Shown: piece by piece, positions 1 through 11,970 of the stretch | Layout: the number at the start of each line of letters is the position of its first letter | How positions within the stretch are numbered: the stretch's first letter is position 1 | Program-made: the position numbers and the translations under genes | The notes under the pieces: generated by a model | What the model saw: only the letters and a program-made list of their open reading frames with translations | Databases searched by the model: none | What the model was told of the DNA's origin: nothing | Assembly (NCBI GenBank): GCA_026936335.1 | Contig: JAPMXV010000019.1 | Coordinates: 62,001 to 126,000 of the forward strand | Origin: Mantamonas sphyraenae STR306 | Lineage: Eukaryota > Protista > CRuMs | Reading direction: 5' to 3' | DNA length: 64,000 nucleotides

Positions 1-3000
1 ACGGCTGTGCTGACGAGTGCTACGTCTCCAGAAGGCAGCACCTGCACAGACACGGACGAATCGTTGCGCCATGGCATAAGGAGGATGGAGGACGACGCAT
101 TGTTCTGCTCCGTCAACGTGGATGTGTCGTCGGACGCCACCACCGAGGCGTCGCTTGACACGATGCGAATCCATTCGTTGATAAGCTTCTCCACGCCGGC
201 CACAGACGCCAGCGAGGCTGTGGATCGCGACTGGTTGAGTTGGCAGTTAAAGTGGAGCTGAACTGTGCCCACGTCACTCAGGGTGAGCTGTGTCAACCGC
301 ACTGCCGTGCGTTTTACCCAAAACGTCACCACAGGCGCAGCGTCACGTTGCTGTGCCGTGTTGCCCTGCTGCAACACGGCACGCACTTGCACGGGGATGC
401 CCTTTGCACTTGTTGTGTGTGTGTTGTTGTTGCTGCTGTTGTTCACCAGCGCCAATGCATCGACGTCGAGCTCGACGAGGATGGCTGTTTGCAACAGTGT
501 GTTTGCGTGTGCCATGCTGCTCTGCCGATCTGCATCTGTAACCCCTTGCAGAATAAGCATGATTGTTTGCATGGCACTGTTTGTGTCTGGGTTTGTGACC
601 GTGGTGGTGCTCACAAACACGCGTGCGTTGTCCACAAGGGACATGTTCACGCTGATGCGCTTGATCCACCGTGCCCCCTGCCCTGCCACAGGCTCCACCA
701 ACACTTCGGCATTGAATGCTCCCACTCCCTGCAGTTCCGCCTTGAAAAGCGCCGGCAGTGGACCCGCTGCCTCTTGGATACAGCGTGTGTCCACAAACAC
801 CGTCACGGACACATTGTCCCGCGATCCTGTGCTCCATGTGGTCGGAGTGGGTGTCGGGGTGGGTGTCGGGATGGGTGTCGCCGATGGGGCCGGAGTGGGT
901 GTTGGTCCAGGTGTGGTGGTTGGTGACGCCGTCGGTGTGGGCGTCGCTGTCGGTGTGGGCGTCGCTGTAGGTGTGGGCGTCGCTGTCGGTGTGGGCGTCA
1001 CTGTAGGTGTGGGCGTCGCTGTCGGTGTGGGCGTCGCTGTCGGTGTGGGCGTCGCTGTCGGTGTGGGCGTCCGCGGCGTTGGCGTTGGCGTTGGGTCGGA
1101 TCCGGACAGGTGGTGTTGACGGGCAACACCTGCAGCGTCTTGTTGAGTGTGATCCATGGATCGCTTTCACATGGATGATCCGGCACGCGCATGCGAATGT
1201 ACAAGGTCACGTTGAGGGTGGTGCAGCCCGTGTTGACCGGAGCCCTGAAGAAAGTGTATGGAATCATGTAGTCCTGCTGCAGATCATTCGCCGATGCTGC
1301 GAATGACAACTCGTCAAAGGTGGCCCCAGAAGCGTCGAACCCAAACGAGTTTGGATGGGACGATGTGACGTGGCCCACCAGCTGCCCAGAACACTGGGGC
1401 GTACAGGCGAGATTGAACAAGGTGGCCAAAGGCGCTGATGTGATCGATGCACTGAACACTGGCTCTGTGTTGGTGGCAACCAGCGACGCCGCACGCTCGG
1501 CCTTGAGCGTCGTCAGCTGAAAGTCCGACGTCAGCTCACCCACCTCGGTCATGCCCACCGTGATGTTCAGTGTCAAATCCGCAGTCAATCCTTCCAGGGC
1601 AGTCACCGACGCGGGTGGAAAGTTGCAGCGCAGGTGGGTGTTGTTCACACGTGTGCCCTGGCCCTCTGCAAGAAAGGTCGGCACTCCGTTGGCGCCCTCC
1701 TTTCGGAACATGCAATTGTACGGCGGTTGCGATGTCTCGTGGATGTGTCCCTCCAGGTAGAACGACGTCGGGTCGTGTGGTCGCCGCTGCGAGGTGAAAT
1801 AGCGCGCGCAAAACCTGTGCTCTGCTGTGTTCCACGGAAGCAGCATCAGAGGCAGATTCAACCCTTGCACATTCACCGCACGCCGTACTCCCATTGCGGA
1901 CAACAGTGGGTCCCCTTCTGTACTCTGTGCAAGCGGACGCAGCCCACCCGCAACCACCATCTGTTCCGGGTTCGGCCCGTTTGCCGGTCCCTTGGTCAGC
2001 GAGCAGCCGGCAATGTCCGTCCATCGGTTCGGTGCACTACCCAGCATTCTAACTGGCCGCCATTCGTTCGTTAGCGTGTTGAATTGCCACAGGTCGGAAT
2101 GAAGCCTCTGTATGGGTGCGAGTGTGTGGGTGGCGGGTGGGAAATGTCTTGCGCGGGTGAGCCTCGAAATTCCTTCGTTTGCACGCAAAAGAAAGGAGTT
2201 TCCTTCGACGACAACGTCTCTGGGTGTCTTTGCACTTACCCCTGGCCACGTGGCATTTGGCAGCCCTGCCTCTTGTCCTGAGCCTCCATACACAAACACC
2301 CAGGCTTTGTAGTTGACCAGACAAAAGTGTGTTCGGCCGAGCGGTGCCACCGTCGAGCTTGGCGTGATGACGCTGCTGTATCCTGTGCTCAGAGTCACCC
2401 TGTACAAATCCTCCAAATACTGTGTGGCGGAGCGGCCGCTGAAAATAATGAGTGCGTCTCCCTTGGAGACGACGGCTGGTGGGTGTGTGCACGATCCGGG
2501 GCGTTAGCGCATCCTGCAACGGCTGCACGAAACACGGCATGGCGGGGCGGTATGGACGCATGTCCACTGCGGCCGCATTGTGTGTCCAGTGTCTGGGCCT
2601 GTGTACGCACGTCGGTGTGCGGGGCATGCGTGCTCGGCGCCCGTGGGCGTGCTTCCGAAAAAGGGAAAACTCACCTGCTCCTGCGCCAAATCGAGGTCCG
2701 GGCACTGCCCCGCTCAAATTCCGTTGAACCAGGGACAGGTTGCCAGAGACAGTCAATTCCCATAATTGGGCGCTGATTTCTGCGCTGTCCATATTTGTGT
2801 ATGGGACGTGTGCATAGCGGATGCCGCCGTACAGGTACGCTTTGTCCCCAAACGTCGAGACGGCCTGGTCCAGCCAGTCGTGCCCGCTCAGCACGTTCAC
2901 ACACACGTACGATCCGATATTCGCGTCTGTTTTGGCAATGGGTGGCCACACGCGTATGACGGAGTGAGTTTTCAAGGCGCCACCGGTCAGCGGCAAACAA

Positions 3001-3530
3001 CGGACCCGGCGACGGAATGTTTCTCTGGGCGGCGACGAAAAATTGAGAACATTCCACACGTAGCCGCCGGGCTCCAGCGAGCAAACAAACGTACTGTACG
3101 AGCAGCGGCGGAATGGGTTGACTTTGGTGGACCATGGACCTGCACTGAAGCTCCTGAGGGAGGGGGTGAGGAACACATCGTTCTGGATGGTGAATGATTG
3201 TGCTTCGGCCGTCTCGGGCACAGCGCCGCCATCGGTGGCCCAGTTGGAGCCTGTGCGCTTGAGGATGGCCGAGTCGGATGTGGTGGAAAGACCTGCGCTT
3301 CCACCCAAGAGGATGGTGGACTGTGGTGGATTGCCAACAGCCATGCCCATCTTGGCCTGCGGGAGGTCGTTGCAACTCTCCCAGGTGCCCGGAACGGCAT
3401 TGCTTCCGCAACGCCCCACTCCCGGGTTGCCCTGCACTGGCTGCAGCACAAGCACTGCAACCGTGCATAAGATGCCTATTAACAAGCCAACCAGGGCGGG
3501 CAAGCCCTGCTTGGTGCCAGCGTGAAGCAT
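1..3530 (-). CDS. Large secreted/surface protein: signal peptide, Kelch-like repeats, (PT/PTA)n linker; 3' end lies outside the window
   Basis: ATG at 3530 ([29 protein letters not shown], hydrophobic leader). Kelch-type GG motifs: ILLGG, AYLYGG, LIIFSG, VFVYGG, MVVAGG, SDLWQFN. Introns 2476-2674 (GTGAG...CTAAC...CAG) and 2108-2239 (GTAAGT...CAG). A 1-nt frameshift near 1093 joins CPDPT to the PTPTATPT frame, which stays open to position 1. Confidence 0.7.
931..1070. repeat. 18-bp coding tandem repeat (gtcggtgtgggcgtcgct) x~8 encoding a PTPTAT linker on the minus strand
   Basis: Near-perfect 18-nt periodicity is visible directly. Confidence 0.9.
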
Positions 3531-3654
3531 GGTCAGTTTTGGAAAAATGTGATGGGCAGACGCTCGCTGAGTTTGCTCGCCACCAATGCAAACGACACGA
3601 AGGGGCGCAACGAGGTTTGTGGAACAAGGGTATCTGTGATGCACACGTTCATGT

Positions 3655-6600
3655 TCAGTTTGCATCACTCCGGCTACGGTTGCACGCTTGTTTCCACGCT
3701 GCCACATCCGTGGGCACGAAACTGATCAGCACCATGAAGAGGGTGAGTGCAAAGAGAACGCTGAACCCGATGTTGACGCCCATAAACACGCCAAACTTGC
3801 CCAGGTAGAGAATGCGACAGAGGAGGAGGAAGATGGAGGCACCCAAGGAGCTGATGGCCCCGCCCAGGACGCTGACACCCATCTTGCCCAGGGCATCCCG
3901 CACGCGCAGAGGCTGTGTGCTGAGATCGCTTTCCACATAGCTGAGTGCCAGGTGGACCACGTAGTCGACGGAGAAGCCCACAAGCACGGTGACGCAGATG
4001 CTCTCCATGAAGCCCAGTTGCCAGCCGATGAGAACCATGGTGCCCACCACGCAGCTGACAATGCAAAGGATGCATACAATGGCCACTCCAGACACAAAGG
4101 CATTGCGTGTGGCCAGAGACAGCACCACAAAGGCAAGGGACAGCGACACCATCAGCCCACCCAGTGAATTGACCACGAGCGCCTCTTGTGTCACCAACCA
4201 CACAAAGTCGCGTGCACTCAGCAGTGCGTCGCCCACAGCAGGGCCATTCTTTGCGTTTTGTGCGCTCACAGACGCTGCCAGTGTGTCGTGCAGCTTGCGT
4301 TTGTCCGCCAGAGTGGCCCGCGGCGCCATCGTCGTCGGCAACCCCACACGTACGCCGCGAATGTTCCCACTTGTGTCAAACAGGACGTTGCCATCGAATC
4401 GTACGTTGCTACGCTGACGCAAAAAGGCACGCAGTTGGGACGTGAATGTGGTGGTGCCATTGCGTGCCACCGGAAATGTCGACACCGAGGCTGCAAATGC
4501 ATCCAACACAAAATCCACCTCGTCTTGCTTCACGTAGCTCAGCTCTTTGATGTGTTTCACAGTGTCCAGCATTTGCTGCTGCGCAGTTGGATCGTTCAGA
4601 TCGAACGATTCCTGCACCTCCAGTTTTCCTTTGTCTGCAGGGTCGAAGAAGTCCACCCCGCTGCGGTTCATCGTCTGCACGCCCCAAAACATTTGGACTG
4701 TGATTGTGTCATCCACGCGGAACGTCTCCGTCTGCAGGGCAATGGCCTGCGAGATCGGATGTTCGGGCGGCCAAATGTCACTCACCTGCTCGTTCGAGGG
4801 CGCCAGACGTGCAGCAAACACAGCAAAGAAGCTGATGATGGCCAGAGAGAGCACAATGATCACCAAGCGATTGTTGAGGACAAAGTCGGCGTACGGCCCC
4901 GCAAACCATCGCTCGATCGGCCTGTTCAGCTCCGCGTCGCTCAGAAACGCACGCCTGTCGCGCTGTGCATGGTTTGCTTTGCTGCTGTTGATGTCACCGT
5001 CGCCGTACAGATCCACCTCATCCATCGGCTCTGAATTTGCGTGCGCTTCGTCAACATCCACCACCACGTGGGTGTCTTTGTCGGCAAATTGAGTGGGTGC
5101 ACTGATCCCTGTGCCGTTTTCGTCCTCCCTGCGTTCATGCACAACCTCCTCCTTTTCGTTCTCCTCGTCCTCGTCCACAGACACATTGTCGTCGTCGTCA
5201 AAGTCCTCCACGGCCATCGTTTCCATGGCCACATCGTCCACCTGGGCTTGCGGATGGCTGAAAATGACACGGGTGCTATGCTTGTCGCTTTCCTGCACCA
5301 CCACCACGGGTCGCTTGACACGCACGGGCCCCGAAGGGTTTTCAGTGTCGCGATCCTTGCAGCAGCACATGCATCTGTCCGACGGCTTGCCACTAATGCG
5401 CGTTTCCCACAGCAACACCAACACGGGAAACAGAGTCACCACCATGAGGAAGGTGAAGAACACGAGCAGCGCAGCAAAGACACCAAACACCATGATGTTG
5501 AGGATGGGCGAAAAGATCGTGGCAACAAACGCACCCATGGTTGTGAACGACGTCACCAGCATTGCCCCAGCTGCCCTTTCGTACGTGTACAGCATCCTGG
5601 TGCGAAGATTGTCCTGTTCAGAGACGTCTTTCTGCGCCAAATGGGAAGACTGCATCCACGCATCGAAGAAAACAAAGGCGTCGTCTGCGCCGATTCCCAG
5701 GATGACGTAGATGGCCAGAATCTGCAGAGTGCCAAAGTGGTTGACTCCAAGCACGACCCGGTACACAAAAATGCCATGGGGAAAGTGACGAGGACCTGGA
5801 ACAGCGCACAGACACCCAGAAACACACTCTGCATGTGCAAGGTCATGAACGCCAACACAAAGGCCATGGAAGCACCTGCAAAGCTGCTGTCTGTGGCCAG
5901 CTGTCGAAAGGCGTAGGCGCCGGTCATCCCATCGTACAGTGTGAGCACAGTGGTGTCGGAAGTGGAGGATTCAAGCACAATGGGATCCATCACATCCTGC
6001 AGATGCTGGTCCTGCTTGTCATCCTGTTCATCAGTTTTCACCTTGTCCGACGAGTACCCAATGAGTGGGAGGCCGTAGCGCAGTGTCAACCGCACATGCT
6101 TGCTCTTCAAGCGTGTTGAAGAAAAGTTGCGATCGGTGGCAAACTCCGCAACCGCGTACGACCCATTGAACGTGGCCAGTTTGGGCAACAGGGCATCCAC
6201 GGCGGCCTGGCTGGGCTCCGCTGCGTCGTAGTCCACCGTGCCTGTTGGCCGCCCCGATGTGGCGTTGATCTCTGGAAAGAAGAACGACGTCAACGACACG
6301 GCGGGTTGGCATCGGGAGAAGGCGGCACGCTCGTCTGTGAGACACATGTCTTGGAATCCCTTTTGGGTGAACAGCTTCTTTTCAATGTCCAGAAGCACCT
6401 TGAGCTTGGAGGGACGCAACATGTTTGCCTCGTTGGTGCTGTCCGTGACAAACACCACCATGCTCGCACCGGGCACTGATCCTCGCGGCACGTCAGCCGA
6501 CGCCGATGTCGTGTTTCCAGTCACTCCCTGTCGTTTGTCCAGCTCGCTGTTGCTCAGATAGAGGGAGCGCAACGATGCAAGGGCGTCCTGATTTGTGCTG

Positions 6601-6969
6601 ACGTTGGAAAAGCGCACATCCCAGCCACTCTGAGGGTTGGGATGGGATGGCAAGGCGGTCCGGATGTGGCATCGAATGTGTCAGTGAGCTCACATGGCCA
6701 GGTGTGTCTGTGCATGCGCGGAAAAGCGGCGTTGGAGAGATTGGGGGTGCAGAAAAACCTGTGGAGTTTGATCCACCCAAACGCACCGTGTTGTTGATTC
6801 GCAGCAGCGGCATGGCAATGATTCCGAGCACGACCGGCAGGAGGAGGAAGCACACAAGCGCAGTGTATGGTTTTCCCACAAGGAAGCCAATCCAAGCGTC
6901 CATCAGGCGATGACGCAGCCCCTTTGCAGATGCTTGCTCGGCATCACCGTCACTGTCACTGTTACCCAT
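3655..6969 (-). CDS. DISP: Dispatched-like Patched/RND-family sterol-sensing-domain transporter
   Basis: GIGADD (TM4) and GFSVDY (TM10) motifs, with two multi-TM blocks and large lumenal loops. ATG 6969, intron 6630-6786. A 1-nt frameshift at a T run near 5770 restores FPMAFFVYRVV. Confidence 0.85.
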
Positions 6970-7079
6970 GGGATTGGATGAAGCCGTGATGGTGAAGATC
7001 TGTTGTGCAGAAGGTTTGTGGTTGGGTGCGATTGCGCACGGCAAGGAAGCCAACCCAACCTCCAAGGCCCCTTCCAGCC

Positions 7080-7573
7080 ATGTCCAAGTCCTTCCTGTCG
7101 AAAAAGTCGTGGCACACGGGCAGCCTGAAGAACCAGGAAAAGGTGTGGCTGCGGGAACAGGAGAAGAAGGCGGAGGACAAGAAGCTGAAGGAGTTGCAGC
7201 GACAGCTTGCCGAGGAACGGCAGATGGAGGAGCTGCGTGCGTCCCAGCGGGCATCGGGACTGAAAACGGCAAGCAACGTGGTGGGCGACCACAAGTTGGA
7301 TTGGATGTACCAGGGCCCGCCGGGCGAAGGAGGCATGGCAGGCCGTGAGGAGGAGAGTCTCACGGAAATCGAAAAGGAAAAGGCGGAGCAGTTCCTGCTT
7401 GGCAAGGAAATCAAAATGGAGCCGGAGAAGGGGGATTTGGCATCTGTGGAACAGTCACAGGGCTCACTCTTGTCAGGAGTCAACTCTGCGTGTAGGTGTG
7501 TGACGGCGGGGGGGGGAGGGACGAGGACGAGGAAGCGGAAAGCGCGCGGCTCGACTGGGAAACGCTGACACAC

Positions 7574-7604
<31 letters not shown>

Positions 7605-8666
7605 GCGGCGCAGAATGAACAATGGCGCAGAGTGCATTCCGACCCGCTGCTGGAAATCAAGAGACGAGAGGCAGAGTCGCTGAAAGCGGTGCTGAACAAC
7701 CCGCTGCGAATGAAGGCGATTCGCGAAGCGCTGGAAGCCAAGACGGGCAAGCCGCTGCCAGGCAGCGAGGGTGGGGTGGCCAAGGAGGAGGAGGGGGGAG
7801 AAGGACATGGGCACACACACAAACACAGGCACAAGCACAGACACCACCGGAAGCACAGGCGGAGGGAGGGAGAGGAAGGGGAAGAGGTTGGAAGCAGCAG
7901 GCGGCACAAGAGACGCCACCACCGCAGTCGCAGCCGCAGTCCATCGGAGAAGGAACGACGACACAAACGACACCACTCGGAGCACTCGCACAAGCGTAGG
8001 AAGCACCGAGAACGCGAGGAAGGGGATCAGCTGGAAGAGCACAAAGAGAAGCGGCAGCGTGTGGGCGAGGAAGGAGCACAGGAGGAGGAGGAGCAGCAGT
8101 CGAGTGTGACGACACAACCAACAACCAATGTCAGGCGACCCGGGTACGGGTTGGTGATGACAGAGAGTGCGCTTGCCATGCAAGAGGCAAAGCAGAGGCA
8201 GCAGGCGGCGTATCAGTCGCAGTATGTTGCACGATCATACAAACCACCCAGCAGAAAGGAGAAGGAGGAATCCGAAGCAGCGGCGAGGGCAGAGGCACGC
8301 GCACGAAGGAGTCACTCGGCAGGAGGAGGAGGTGGTGGAGGGAGTAGGGGAAGACCATTGACGGCAGAGGAAAAGGCAGCCAAGCTGGCACAGATGCAGA
8401 GTGCGGCGGCAGAGATGCACAGTAAGCGACAGGGAGAGGTGGATGCAGAACGAAGGGCATTGGAGGAAGAGAAGAAGGCCCACAAGGCGAGCGGGGCGGC
8501 CGCCGAGGGTGGACGCAGCGGAGCATCGGAGCTGGCCAAACCAGGATTCATCAAAGACATGCAAAAGGCAGTGTACAGCGAGAGTAACACGAGTCTGCAG
8601 GAGCGCATGGAGCAACACAAGCACTACAGGCAGACACGAGGACAATTGGACGGGGGAATGAATTGA
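7080..8666 (+). CDS. CWC25: Pre-mRNA splicing factor CWC25
   Basis: N-terminal Cir_N motif FLSKKSWHTGSLKNQEKVW, then LDWMY, DPLLEIK and EKAAKLAQM, plus an R/H/S-rich region. Intron 7492-7605. Confidence 0.9.
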
Positions 8667-8712
8667 GGAGATTTCGCCAACCCAACCAAAATCCCCATCC
8701 CCTAATCCGGCA

Positions 8713-10062
8713 ATGAAGACGACAATTGTTGTGGTGTGCTGCATGCTGGCCCTGGCGGGCATCGCGCAGGCTCTGACCTTTTCGGTGGAAGCCCACGCTG
8801 AGGAGTGCTTCTACGAGGACGTGGATGCCGGCACGAAGCTGGGTCTGAGCTTCCAGGTCACCACAGGCGGCTTCCTGGACATCGATGTCAAGATCATCGG
8901 CCCCGACCAGCGTCTGGTGTACACAGGCACCCGAGAGACGGAGGGCCAGTACACCTTTGTGGCCCACATGAAGGTACGTGCGCGACGAAACCGCCCCGAG
9001 GTCGGCGAGCAGCCGGCGCCGAACACCGCCCCTGCTGCGACTCGCAGCGCCACAAAGATGGCAGGGTGGCGACGGAGGATGTGCATGGGGCGTTGTTGGC
9101 ATGTAATGGGCCCACGGGCGCGTAGTGGGCAGGTGGAGAGGGCGTAGAGAGGCGTGGCAGGGCCGGAGAGGGAAGGGCCATGCAAAAAACGAACGGGCAC
9201 AAGGCCGCGCGGAGAGGGGACACTGACGCAAGTTGCGGAATTGTGGGTCACACGCATGCACAATCGACGTCACATTACACACACACACACATATCCCACA
9301 CAGGGTGTCTACTCCTTCTGCTTCTCCAACAAAATGTCCACGCTGACGCCCAAGACGGTGGGCTTCAATGTGCGTGTGGGCGAGACGGACAGCGATGCCG
9401 AACCGGCCACCCGTGGTAAGTGAGACGTGGACAGAGTGTACCCTCAGGAGTGCCAGGACCCATCCCATGCATGAGTGCATGGTGGAGACGTGACAGGGTG
9501 CATGCCATGGCCTGTGGGCGACGTGGAGAGCCCCCTGGGTGTTGGAAATTTGTGCCCTCTTGTTGGCGCGCTGCTCGGTTGCGCTCTCGTGTTCGGAACC
9601 CTGACACACACACACACACACACAGAACACGTCGACCCGATCAAGGAGTCTGTGCAGCAGCTGCGCGAGGGTCTGGCTGCCATCCAGGCTGAGCAGAAGT
9701 ACATGCATGCCCGCGAGAGCGTGCACCGCAACAGTGAGTTCCGGGGGGGGGCGTGGTGACGTCAGAAAGATGGGCCTTGTGCACCACCCAGCCACACGCG
9801 CGTGCTGCACAGAAGCATGCTGGGGCACAATCATGCACACACATGACACTCACACAGTGACACGCACTCGTACACTTGCATACACGCACGTATGCCCACC
9901 CTGCGACGGCGGCAACCACGTTCGTTCCCCCACACAGCCACCGAGAGCACCAACGCACGCATCCTGTGGTGGTCGTTCTTTGAGGCAGTTGCCCTCATTG
10001 CCATCTCTGTCGGCCAGATTGTGTATCTTCGCCGCATCCTGGAAAACAAGAGCGCTGTGTGA
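8713..10062 (+). CDS. TMED2: p24/emp24 GOLD-domain cargo receptor (TMED2-like)
   Basis: Signal peptide, EECFYE, GGFLDID, YSFCFSNKMSTLTPK, ESTNARILWWS and a C-terminal TM. Exons 8713-8973, 9304-9415, 9626-9733, 9938-10062. Confidence 0.93.
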
Positions 10063-10227
10063 ACGGCTGAATGAAAATCGCAGAACAGCTCCTCCCACCC
10101 ACCCGCACCTCCACCTCCACTCTCAGCCACCATTGGAACAGTGTGAGACCATTTCCCAGGGTGCAACAACATCGGGGCAAGGTTCCGATTTACAAGCGCA
10201 GCGCCCACCCACCCAACGACGTCGAGA

Positions 10228-11924
10228 ATGTTGAGTGGAGAGGGAACGCAGCAGCGGTCGACTCCGAGCTCAAAGGCAGCAGCAGCGGCTGCTGCAGGCA
10301 CAGCATCGATCGGCCCCATCAAAGGGATGCCAGGGGTCGACTCTGCTCATAGCCACATCACAATCATAGTCACAATCATAATCACAATCACACGCATGGC
10401 CCAGGGAGTGGGGCCGGAGCAGGCTCAGCCGCGGGGGCTGGGCCGGCCTCCGTCTCCGTCGCCCTGGACCTCCATGGACACAACGAGGCCAAAATGGGAG
10501 CAGGTGAGTGTCTTTGCATGCTCTGTGTGAGCCCACACACGCACACACACACACACACATGCGTCCATGCTTGCTGCACCTGGTCAAAGGACGCCGTAAA
10601 GAGCAAACGACGTCATCTTCGCCAAAAGCCCCGCGCAGCTGCTTCCCATTGCGCCTGCGACGAGACAGCTGACACACCGGACGTTGATCCGTGGGCATGT
10701 GTGGGTGATTGGGATGTGCATGTGCATTGGCAAACAGGCAAGAAGCGCACGTTTGTGCCGTACTCCAAGTCACGGCTGGGCTTTCTGGGCAGCGCGGGAC
10801 GCATGCTGCAGGCAGCGTGGGAGGAAAAGAGCAACCGCAAGTCGATTGTGACGGTGGTGTTGGGTCTGATAGTGCTTTGGATGCAGGTTGCAGATGCACA
10901 CTACTCTGGGAGTGTGGCGTTGTACGCAGAGAGCGTGAAAACGGCCGGGGTGCTGGGCTTCCTGGTCGTGCCTCTCTTTGCATCCATGGTGCAGCGTCAG
11001 AACGTGGACAGCACCGCGTGGACGTATGGCATTGGACGCGTGGAGACCCTGTGGGCCTTTACCGTCACCTGCTACATCCTGTTCATTGGCATGTTCATTG
11101 TCAAGGAGACGCTGGAGGTGTTTCTTGCAGACTATGACGCGTCGCACTTTGATGGCACGGGCATCTACACCACCGTCATGGTCTCCATGGCCTGGAATGC
11201 CCTGCGCATTGCCCTCACGGGCTTTTGGGCCGACGTGCAGGTGGAGACACGTGCGCGTGTGGCCCTGCCCGTGGACGAACACTTCAACACCCTGGCACAG
11301 GACATGCTCACCTCCGTCAGCGTGTTTGCCGCCGCATGGCTCACCAAATCGGAATGGGAGTATGCCGACCCGGTGATGGGCATGCTAATCATTGGGGCAA
11401 CCATCCACGGCACCCTGCCTGTGTTCTCCACCACAGGCGCCGTCCTCCTGCAATCTCGCCCCGTCACCATCCAGGGTGCACTTGACAAATGTCTGCACGA
11501 GGTGGCCACCTTTGATGGCGTCCTCGAGTGCACACGCACCCACTTTTGGACACATGCGCCCGGCGAGTATGTGGGCACCGTTCATGTGCGCATCCGACAC
11601 AACGCAGACCCGCAGCTGGTGCTCCAGCACGTGCGACACAAGTTTGCCAAGCTTGTCAACCACCTCACTGTGCAGGTGGAGAAAGATGACTGGAATGTCG
11701 GCGGCGCTGCTGCCGCCGCTGCCGCATCCTCCTCCTCCCAACACCATCATCACGACCACGACCACGACCACCATCACGACCACCATCACGATCACGATCA
11801 CGATCACCACCACGATCACCACCATCATGACCACGGCCACGATCACACGCATGAACACACCCACCTCCACGCACACGACCACCACCATGGCCATGACCAC
11901 GCACACGATCATCATCATGAATGA
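10228..11924 (+). CDS. SLC30A6: Cation diffusion facilitator, ZnT6/SLC30A6-like, with His-rich tails
   Basis: TYGIGRVETL, LLQ..P....LDK.L.EV.T.DGVLE...HFWT, VHVRIR and LTVQVEKDDW resemble the ZnT6 C-terminal domain. Intron 10504-10737. A 1-nt frameshift near 10355 is needed to join the ATG frame to the HNHSHNH frame and the phase-1 donor. Confidence 0.85.
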
Positions 11925-11970
11925 ATGAATGAATGAATGAATTGGGTGCGCTCTCCTGTCCACTGTCCAG

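Noticed and set aside
931-1070. CRISPR-like or mobile repeat array
   Set aside because: Contiguous 18-nt units without spacers that encode a Pro/Thr linker in a eukaryotic gene.
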